Positions 27,541 through 34,472 of a DNA stretch of 34,472 bases are shown one piece after another. The DNA is from Candidatus Thorarchaeota archaeon (lineage in GTDB: Archaea; Asgardarchaeota; Thorarchaeia; Thorarchaeales; Thorarchaeaceae): assembly GCA_016839605.1 (NCBI GenBank), contig JAEOTX010000043.1:1-34472 (forward strand), read 5' to 3'. The notes beneath the pieces are model-generated. The model was not told where the DNA came from. It did no database searches and saw nothing but the letters and a program-made list of their open reading frames with translations. Made by a program: the position numbers and the translations under genes. Within the stretch, counting starts at the first letter, position 1; each line of letters opens with the position of its first letter.

Positions 27541-27620
27541 GCAAGGAACTCCTCGATTGGGACAAATAGGAATCCCAACCTCACGCTCATATTCATGAGA
27601 AATTCAGATTGGACCATGTC

Positions 27621-27737
27621 TTAGTGACATTGTGTGCACAATGCTAGAGGTACTTGACCAGTCATAAGATAGTGAAAAGCTAGAAAGCCGATAAACCCAA
27701 TGACTAAGACGAGCAGGATTATTACACCCCTTCTCAA
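27621..27737 (-). CDS. 38-aa single-TM peptide ending in CxxCH (candidate micro c-type cytochrome)
   Basis: TTG at 27737 with AGGAG 9 nt upstream and TTATAAAA about 45 nt upstream. Product MRRGVIILLVLVIGFIGFLAFHYLMTGQVPLALCTQCH*; fills an otherwise empty gap. Confidence 0.6.
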   Translation of the reverse strand: MRRGVIILLVLVIGFIGFLAFHYLMTGQVPLALCTQCH

Positions 27738-27779
27738 TTGTCTCAGCTCCTGACCTGCCGTCGCAAATCTTCTTCTGGA

Positions 27780-27787
27780 TTTTATAA
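27780..27787 (-). promoter_or_regulatory. TATA box for the 38-aa CxxCH ORF
   Basis: TTATAAAA on the minus strand. Confidence 0.5.
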
Positions 27788-27873
27788 CTTGCTGCTGTCC
27801 TTTACCTTCAATGATGCACTCATTAATTAGGCATTCACTTGTTTCAGCGCAAGTGGTTGCGCCGATTTGCTTG

Positions 27874-27880
27874 TTTATAA
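27874..27880 (+). promoter_or_regulatory. TATA box for ABC/peptidase operon
   Basis: TTTATAA about 32 nt upstream of the ABC ATPase start. Confidence 0.45.
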
Positions 27881-27911
27881 CTCTGTAAGGAAGAGTTGAC
27901 ATGGCGACTCA

Positions 27912-28685
27912 TTGGTGTCAGATGGTATTCATATTCAGACACAGGGCCTTTCCAAGGATTTTGGCTCTGTTATTGCGCTGAGAGACCTCGACCTTGCTGT
28001 TCGGAAGGGTAGTGTCTTTGGCTACCTTGGACCAAATGGAGCAGGGAAGACAACAACTGTCAGAATTCTTTCCGGTCTTTTGAAGCCGACTTCAGGGACT
28101 GCAACAGTCTGTGGTTTTGATGTGCATTCTGAACGAAATAGTATCAAGAGAGTCACAGGACTTCTGCCCGAATCACCGGGACTTTACTCGAAGTTATCTG
28201 CTGTGGAGTTTCTAGAGTTCATTGGAGCCTTGAACAATACGGGCGGAGAATCACTCCGTAGACGGATTGATAGTCTTCTGGGAATCCTAGGACTTGAAGG
28301 AAGACAGAATGACCTCTTAGAGAGTTACAGCAGCGGTATGAAACAGAAGGTGCTTGTTGCATCGACTATGCTTCATGAACCAGAACTAGTGTTCCTTGAT
28401 GAACCTACTTCAAGACTGGATCCAGCCGCAAGTGTCCTCGTCAAAGAAATCATCCTTGCTATGGCAAAGGAAACTGATACAACATTCTTCATTTGCACCC
28501 ACATGACAGATTTCGCTGAAGATGTATGTGAGGTCATTGGGATATTGAATGAGGGAATCTTAACGACCCTAGGTGCACCGAATGATATCATCGAACAGAC
28601 AGGCGGCAATGATCTCGAAGATGCTTACCTCAAGATAGTGGGCGGTGGAATCGATCGAGAAACCCTCTTGAGCTGGAGGCATTGA
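27912..28685 (+). CDS. ABC-2 type exporter ATP-binding protein
   Basis: GPNGAGKTT, YSSG, FLDEP, CTH, LEDAYL. Confidence 0.93.
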   Translation: MVSDGIHIQTQGLSKDFGSVIALRDLDLAVRKGSVFGYLGPNGAGKTTTVRILSGLLKPTSGTATVCGFDVHSERNSIKRVTGLLPESPGLYSKLSAVEFLEFIGALNNTGGESLRRRIDSLLGILGLEGRQNDLLESYSSGMKQKVLVASTMLHEPELVFLDEPTSRLDPAASVLVKEIILAMAKETDTTFFICTHMTDFAEDVCEVIGILNEGILTTLGAPNDIIEQTGGNDLEDAYLKIVGGGIDRETLLSWRH

Positions 28686-28686
28686 C

Positions 28687-30333
28687 TTGGTCAGGGTCTG
28701 GGCGGCCATAGCGAAAGCGGAGTTTCTTGTTCGAACTGTCAAACTCCACAAATCTCGCAAGATTCTGTATCCGCTCGCTTTTGGGATTTCACTCGCATTC
28801 GGATTATTTCTTGTTCCACGACTAGTAGGTTTCTTCTTCACAGAAGTTGGCGCAGCGTTCAAAGCAATGCTTGCGACATCTTTCCCAGGTATGCTAAGGA
28901 CGATAATGCTTGCTGTTTGGATGTTCATTCTGATTATTCCAATCTCGAACAGTCTTGAGAACGTCAAGATGGGACAGTGGGAGATCCTCTTCAGCAACAA
29001 TGTAAAGACGAGAGACCTTCTTTTCGGAACATTTGTGGGAAGAATCCCAGTCTATGGCATCTTTGTCATTGCATTGGCCCCAATAGTGGTGTCCCCCTTT
29101 GTCTTTGCGTACAATGTCTCAATACTTGGCCAGCTATTGATGTATCTAGTGATCTTCGTATTTGCAATTGTGACCATCTGGCTTTCGACAGTGTTCAGCA
29201 CAGCCATTCATGCAAAGATTGGTTCTTCCCCTCGGGGGGATGATATTGGCAAAGCATTGAGTTGGGGCCTTGTTCCACTAGTTGCGATCCCTGCTATGGG
29301 TTCAATGTATTGGACGTCTAGTGTTGTGGCCCTGCTGGACTTGGAGATCTCAATGATTCTTCCATCAACTTGGTGTGCAGATATTCTAACTTGGATTGCG
29401 ATGTACACAGGGACGCTTAGGCCATCATCAGTTATGAATCTTGAACTCTATTGGTTTGCAGTCAGTCCCATCGTGGATGTTTTGATACTAGGGATATTTA
29501 CAATGGTCGTGTTCTATGTTGGATTCAAGAGTGCAGATCGATATTTTGCATATAGTGTTAGCCAGGGAAGTCAGAAAGTTCTTAGAGCAGGGCCAGAGAA
29601 TCTATTCATCAGGGGGATTCGTAGGGCCTTCGGAGAGTATTTCGGGACTATTGTTGCTACCTCCTTCAAAGATTTTACAAGGAAACTGCAGAATATAGCA
29701 AAGTTGTCATATGGACTGTTTCTAGCTATCCTCATGCCTTTGCTCATTGGCTTCGGCCCATTTACAACCATGGTTGATGATCCGATTTTCGTTCCCGTCA
29801 TGTCATCATTGACGTTGGGAATGATATCAGGAATATTTTCGGGTGTAATATTTGGAGGTGTTGGACTTCTTGATAGTCGTGATCAGCTTTGGATCCTGAA
29901 GAGCACACCCAGAGGAGCTCAAAAGTTCATTGTAGCTAGAGTGATATCATATATGATGGTGGGAATTCCCTATGCTCTCTTTCCTGCAATATTCACAGGA
30001 GTCTTACTCAATTTCACATTGAGCGATACCCTATTGATGTGCATTTTTGTTTATTCGATAGTACTAGGAGGAATCTTCGTTGGTGTTGGGATTACAGCAA
30101 GTAATCCTTCATTTGAGGACACGTCGAGTGGTGCATTCATCATCAATCAAATTGCGACAATTCTCATCCTAATGATCTTGATAATTGTGTCAATCATTCA
30201 GGGTGTGATAGTCGCGATCACTCAAGGTGTCTTTGGTGCATCTATGCTCCTGTCCAGCATTCTCACACCGATAATTGGGCTAGTGATACTGATGCTTGGA
30301 ATGATTAGACTAAACTTCTTGGAGGCGGACTGA
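28687..30333 (+). CDS. ABC-2 type exporter permease (about 12 TM helices)
   Basis: AIAKAEF start, 'KDFTR' at the second half, 'LWILKSTP'; 1-nt gap to ATPase. Confidence 0.8.
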   Translation: MVRVWAAIAKAEFLVRTVKLHKSRKILYPLAFGISLAFGLFLVPRLVGFFFTEVGAAFKAMLATSFPGMLRTIMLAVWMFILIIPISNSLENVKMGQWEILFSNNVKTRDLLFGTFVGRIPVYGIFVIALAPIVVSPFVFAYNVSILGQLLMYLVIFVFAIVTIWLSTVFSTAIHAKIGSSPRGDDIGKALSWGLVPLVAIPAMGSMYWTSSVVALLDLEISMILPSTWCADILTWIAMYTGTLRPSSVMNLELYWFAVSPIVDVLILGIFTMVVFYVGFKSADRYFAYSVSQGSQKVLRAGPENLFIRGIRRAFGEYFGTIVATSFKDFTRKLQNIAKLSYGLFLAILMPLLIGFGPFTTMVDDPIFVPVMSSLTLGMISGIFSGVIFGGVGLLDSRDQLWILKSTPRGAQKFIVARVISYMMVGIPYALFPAIFTGVLLNFTLSDTLLMCIFVYSIVLGGIFVGVGITASNPSFEDTSSGAFIINQIATILILMILIIVSIIQGVIVAITQGVFGASMLLSSILTPIIGLVILMLGMIRLNFLEAD

Positions 30334-30337
30334 TATA

Positions 30338-31825
30338 ATGAGAATCACAAGATTGGGCGCTTCCATCCTTCTTCTCATTATGATATCAATGGGTTCGGTG
30401 CCGATTGGCAACAACACTGTCGCAGATGTCCATTCTCCGAAATTCGATTTCTCTGTGAGTGAGGAGATCACTGGAGTTCCATATGTCTGGCAAGAGGTCA
30501 ATGGATTCTGCTTCCCCTCTGCACTCTCAATGGTATTGCAGGGTATGGGATTGGATCTTAGTCTCTATGATATATTGGCAGCGTCCGGGACTGGATTCTC
30601 AATGGTATCTATCAGTGTTGATGAGGTCATGATGTTCTCTCCAGGTGTGATGGTGCGACAGGTGCCATGGTTTGAGTTCTTCACGGACCTCTATGGTCTC
30701 GAAATGCAATTCTATCTAGATTCGGACACAGAATATGGATATAATGCACTGCAGATTTTAGGAGGCTGGGGATCGACCGCCATTGACTATAGCGATTCGG
30801 TTTTAATAACTCCGCTCAATGTCGTGCGAGAGTCCATCGATGCAGGTTATCCACTCGCAATCTCTGTAGATACATACTACCTTCCACCTGTAGATTGGGA
30901 CATCATCAGAAACTATGTTGGACCGTTAGAGCCTAATGGTGTTGGACATGCTATTACAATTGTGGGTTACAATGACACATCTCAGACTGTCCAGGTCCAC
31001 GATCCTGGCGTTGGTTTGATGGAACCATATTGTGGATATCCAGACGACGGTCGTTGGAACTATACCATGTCCTATAGCACACTTGATGATGCATGGCAAT
31101 CTTGTGGTTATGTCACTTTTAGAGTATCAAATGGTACAGGACGTGTCTCAGATTTTGAGGACAAACTTGCCTCGTATATTTCCCAGAGAATGGTTGGTAA
31201 CCGCTCAGCATATTTTGAAGGTAGTGAGAATTACTTCTACTTGGGTACAGGAGCAGATGCTTTCAGAGGGATGGGACTTGACATGACTCTGGAAGCAATA
31301 CGCGACTACTGTTATCACTATATGGAAGTTGACAAGCCGAATGCAATTCGATATCTTGGGCATAACCTTGAGGTCATGATGACAATGCAGTATCATGCAT
31401 ATAGAAGCTCCCTTGACTCGTTACCTGACCTTCTTCCATCAATAGACCTTGATGCGTTCTTGAATGAAGCTAGAGAAGCCCTCACACATATGAAGGCATT
31501 GAGTCATAATTCATCTATCACAAGTGGGATTGATGTCATTAGTCGTGACACCATTCTATACAACACATTCTTTGGAATGGCTGCAAGCTTCGAATCTTCA
31601 CATGATCTCGATGGAGCAATAAGCGAGTTCACAGAGGAGCTTGATGAAATTGCAGGCCATTTCTTTGCGATTGCAGATTCCTGGAAGGCGGCTGGTGAAG
31701 CTTTGTCTAATGAACTGGAGAGGCTACAGCCAATATTCGATGACAATCTAATAGTTGCAATTGGTGGTACAGCGAGTATCTTACTCATAAGCGTCGTATT
31801 CATGCAATGGAGGCGAAGGCGTTAG
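30338..31825 (+). CDS. surface-anchored papain-fold cysteine peptidase (C39-like/BtrH N-terminal-like)
   Basis: Signal peptide; VPY.WQ....FC..SAL.MVL (oxyanion Gln, catalytic Cys); GHAITIVGY (His); HDP (Asp); C-terminal TM helix plus RRRR. Confidence 0.75.
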   Translation: MRITRLGASILLLIMISMGSVPIGNNTVADVHSPKFDFSVSEEITGVPYVWQEVNGFCFPSALSMVLQGMGLDLSLYDILAASGTGFSMVSISVDEVMMFSPGVMVRQVPWFEFFTDLYGLEMQFYLDSDTEYGYNALQILGGWGSTAIDYSDSVLITPLNVVRESIDAGYPLAISVDTYYLPPVDWDIIRNYVGPLEPNGVGHAITIVGYNDTSQTVQVHDPGVGLMEPYCGYPDDGRWNYTMSYSTLDDAWQSCGYVTFRVSNGTGRVSDFEDKLASYISQRMVGNRSAYFEGSENYFYLGTGADAFRGMGLDMTLEAIRDYCYHYMEVDKPNAIRYLGHNLEVMMTMQYHAYRSSLDSLPDLLPSIDLDAFLNEAREALTHMKALSHNSSITSGIDVISRDTILYNTFFGMAASFESSHDLDGAISEFTEELDEIAGHFFAIADSWKAAGEALSNELERLQPIFDDNLIVAIGGTASILLISVVFMQWRRRR

Positions 31826-31912
31826 TGACTGGAGATTGCATGATATCATGAGAATGTCAGAAGTCCTTAGGAATTCGATTATGTTTTATTCCGCCTTCAC
31901 ATCTACTAAGAC

Positions 31913-32710
31913 ATGACACAACTCAAGCACTGGCTTATACGAGAAGAGGAAGAGGGGCAGATTGTATGGCTCCTTCTAAACCATCCCGAGAAGAAGAATG
32001 CATTCAATGAAGAAGTGGGCGTGGAATTCAGTCAATTCGTTGATGGACTGCATTCAAACTCAGAAATACGCGTTCTGGTCATCTCAACTGCATTAGATGA
32101 TATCTTCACTGCAGGAGCAGATATTGAGGGCTTCTTCAAGATCTATGAGAGAGATGTCTACAGTGCAGCTGTTGAGATTTCGAAGACGACTCAGAGCATG
32201 TTTGGCAAGCTCGAAAGCCTACCCTTCCCAGTCATTTCCGCAGTGAAAGGACTCAATTTGACAGCGGGGCTTGAGATGGCATTATGCTGTGATATCATAA
32301 TCGCTGCAGACAATGCGAAATTCGGACAGATTGAACCGAAGCACGGAATCATCCCTGGAGGTGGCGCTACTCAGAGGCTCGCACGATTGGTTGGTCCGCT
32401 CAAGGCTCGAGAGCTAATCTACACCTGTGATATTATTGATGCTGAAGAAGCACTGCGGATTGGTTTAGTCAACAATGTCGTTCCACTCTCAGTCTTGGAG
32501 TCTTATGTAAACGACTTCTGCAAGAAGATAATCAAAAACTCAAAGCAAGCTATTGCGAAATCTAAAGACTTGATCAACAAGGGGATGTACAATAATCCGC
32601 AAGGATTCGAAGGAGAAAACATAGGATTTGGAGAAGTGTTTGCGTCTGGAGAGCCGATGGAGAGATTGTCCGCATTTATGGAAGCCAGGAAGAAAAAGGG
32701 AAATAGGTAA
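31913..32710 (+). CDS. enoyl-CoA hydratase/isomerase (crotonase family)
   Basis: LN.PEKKNA, FTAGAD, P.ISAV.G, E.AL.CD, FGQIE..GIIPGGG.TQRL. Confidence 0.93.
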   Translation: MTQLKHWLIREEEEGQIVWLLLNHPEKKNAFNEEVGVEFSQFVDGLHSNSEIRVLVISTALDDIFTAGADIEGFFKIYERDVYSAAVEISKTTQSMFGKLESLPFPVISAVKGLNLTAGLEMALCCDIIIAADNAKFGQIEPKHGIIPGGGATQRLARLVGPLKARELIYTCDIIDAEEALRIGLVNNVVPLSVLESYVNDFCKKIIKNSKQAIAKSKDLINKGMYNNPQGFEGENIGFGEVFASGEPMERLSAFMEARKKKGNR

Positions 32711-32773
32711 ACTATCTGTTAATTTATGACAAAGAATATCACTCACGAAGACAGTAGGAGCATAAACGAAGAA

Positions 32774-32806
32774 GGGGGTCCTTGTGACTCCCTCTCTCAT
32801 CTTTCT
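32774..32806 (+). terminator. possible terminator hairpin after crotonase gene
   Basis: gggggtc-cttgt-gactccc followed by a pyrimidine-rich tract. Confidence 0.35.
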
Positions 32807-32941
32807 ACTGAATCAACGTTCTTGGAATCAGAGCCCAATTAAAATGCGAAGACTTTTACTAGCTTTTAACAATGAAGTTATCATTAGGTCTTGCTGCAGC
32901 AGAAGAACATGACCAGCTTTGCCCGAAACGAGTCGATAGAC

Positions 32942-33337
32942 ATGAGTACAACCTGGTTCATTGCGAAGGAGTATCTGAAAAGGCTGGAGGTCAATTTTGA
33001 GGAGCATGGAAGAAAGACCTTCAGCTTGTACCCCTATGGACCTACAGAAACCAAGGAGATCGAGGTATTTCCAGGCACGCAATGGATTACTCTCACGACT
33101 AGACTCATGGACTTGAGCACTGTTTCGAAGAAAGCCAAGCTGTATGAAACTCTTCTCAAGTCAAATGCAAAGCTTGCAGAAATGACATTCGGAATTGACA
33201 AGAAGAACTACCTAATCATTAGGAACGCCATGCCTGTCATAGGCATCTCGTATGATGTCTTCAATTGCACATATGAGGCACATCTTGCTGGAATCAGATT
33301 CTTCCATAACAAACTCAAACCATCTCTCACTTCTTGA
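32942..33337 (+). CDS. YbjN/CesT-like (secretion-chaperone fold) small protein
   Basis: About 130 aa; 'LYETLL..NAKLAEMTFGID....LII' pattern typical of the fold. Confidence 0.55.
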   Translation: MSTTWFIAKEYLKRLEVNFEEHGRKTFSLYPYGPTETKEIEVFPGTQWITLTTRLMDLSTVSKKAKLYETLLKSNAKLAEMTFGIDKKNYLIIRNAMPVIGISYDVFNCTYEAHLAGIRFFHNKLKPSLTS

Positions 33338-33368
33338 AATGGCGAATCTACTTCTAGGATTAGATTTG

Positions 33369-33403
33369 AAAAAAAAGAAGGTAGAGGGGGTCTCCCCCCC
33401 CTC
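33369..33403 (-). terminator. terminator between convergent genes
   Basis: G/C-run hairpin gaggggg...ccccctc, with a T8 tract downstream on the minus strand. Confidence 0.6.
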
Positions 33404-33407
33404 CGAT

Positions 33408-34472
33408 TTACCATTCGTATGTGGTACGACTTCGGCGTCGCCTACGGACTAGACCACCGATCATGGCAAGGACAACACCGCCGCCTCCTAGAAGCATAAG
33501 CATGTCCATATCAAGACCAAATCCTGTAGGATAAGTGGTCTGTCTGCCCCCGACAAGGTAGCTGTCAATCTGTGATTGGTATTCACCACTCTGAGTGTGG
33601 ACCATGACCATGTAGTAGACCTCTGTTTCGTCTTCAAAAGGTGGGATAGTACCAACGTACGTATATTCACCTTCCTTCCACATTGGGTCAGACCACCAAT
33701 TCTCGCCGTCTGTACCATAGAGAAGGTCAACTCCATAGATATCCTCAGTCTCAGAGTAAACATCTACTCTGATTGTCACGGTGTCAGTCGCAGTAGGCAC
33801 AGCGACGTCAAGGTTTAGTGGACCAATATACATGCCTTCAGGCAGGTCAGGTGCACCAGCTCTTGACACATAGCTCACGAACACTGGATCCTGGTAGACG
33901 CTGTAGCCATCCCACTGTGGGAAGCCAATTGTCACATAGAACATGTTAGAGCCAAAGGACCAGGCAGTTGCTGACCGGCCGTTGTCCGACTCGAACGCTG
34001 CTCGGAAAGTACCAACGGGGGTGGTATAGCTAACGACATCGTAAGGTGCAGAAGTGTTCTTGCCCCAGTCGTAGGTCACACCGCCCATGATCATCTTTGC
34101 GAACTGTGCTGTGGCTGTCTCGAACTCAAAGACATCAGCGCTGACTGTCATCTCACTGTCTGCGACGGACCCTTCAGCCTTGAAGGCGAAGTCGTGCATA
34201 TTCACGTCTGCAAAGTAGTTGAGTGCCAGTGAACGGTTCTCCAAGTTATCGCGACCGCCGATCACGTCGACATCCCAGTTTCCAACATAGTTGTCTACTT
34301 TGATGTCAGCATAGTTGTTCAGTGACTCTTCGTCAATGTATCCTTGGAAGTGCACTAGGAATGAGAGTTCATCGATGGTGACCTGAGTTGGCCGCTCATC
34401 GAATGTCCTAAGGTCAGAACCAGTCATGAAGCCATCGTACCAACCCCAATAGCCATCTAGAGTGAATGGGAA
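33408..34472 (-). CDS. C-terminal part of large acidic surface protein with Ig-like domain, TM helix and RRRRR tail; 5' truncated by window
   Basis: Frame is open to the window end. Beta-rich acidic sequence, Ig-like repeat, TM helix plus polybasic tail. Confidence 0.75.
   Translation of the reverse strand, partial: FPFTLDGYWGWYDGFMTGSDLRTFDERPTQVTIDELSFLVHFQGYIDEESLNNYADIKVDNYVGNWDVDVIGGRDNLENRSLALNYFADVNMHDFAFKAEGSVADSEMTVSADVFEFETATAQFAKMIMGGVTYDWGKNTSAPYDVVSYTTPVGTFRAAFESDNGRSATAWSFGSNMFYVTIGFPQWDGYSVYQDPVFVSYVSRAGAPDLPEGMYIGPLNLDVAVPTATDTVTIRVDVYSETEDIYGVDLLYGTDGENWWSDPMWKEGEYTYVGTIPPFEDETEVYYMVMVHTQSGEYQSQIDSYLVGGRQTTYPTGFGLDMDMLMLLGGGGVVLAMIGGLVRRRRRSRTTYEW

Noticed and set aside
27738-27902. 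5' extension giving the 93-aa version of the CxxCH ORF
   Set aside because: It spans two TATA boxes of the divergent promoter and looks non-coding; TTG 27737 has its own RBS and TATA box.
33380-33403. G/C homopolymer runs as a phase-variation site or G-quadruplex
   Set aside because: Intergenic between convergent genes and better explained as a terminator stem.
1-34472. tRNA, rRNA, CRISPR arrays, IS elements, in-frame Sec/Pyl recoding, eukaryotic signature proteins
   Set aside because: None recognised by eye; intergenic gaps are short and proteins appear full length. Covariance-model and HMM searches were not run.

Overview
Gene-dense archaeal chromosomal segment, probably from an Asgard archaeon such as Thorarchaeia. 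That assignment is inferred from gene content and promoter style, not from a marker gene. The left 14 kb looks like a respiratory/cytochrome island. It holds a membrane-tailed FAD-oxidoreductase fragment, MenA, a long-chain-type polyprenyl synthase, a geranylgeranyl-reductase-family enzyme, a System I* cytochrome c maturation set (ccmABC, a tandem-duplicated ccmD-like gene, Cys-type ccmE, ccmF), an Isf-like flavoprotein, a surface (alpha/alpha)6-barrel protein and a surface-anchored ~9-heme NrfA/HAO-fold cytochrome. The predicted catalytic heme motif of that cytochrome is CxxCQ rather than CxxCH/CxxCK. The right part carries mutS and mutL, rpe, tal, an amidohydrolase, two ABC-2 exporter pairs, a membrane-tethered ArsR regulator, a papain/C39-like surface peptidase, an enoyl-CoA hydratase and other surface proteins. 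An easily missed 38-aa ORF (TATA box, RBS, one TM helix, C-terminal CTQCH) lies divergent to the second ABC/peptidase operon and may be a micro-cytochrome or heme peptide. No rRNA, tRNA, CRISPR array or mobile element was recognised.
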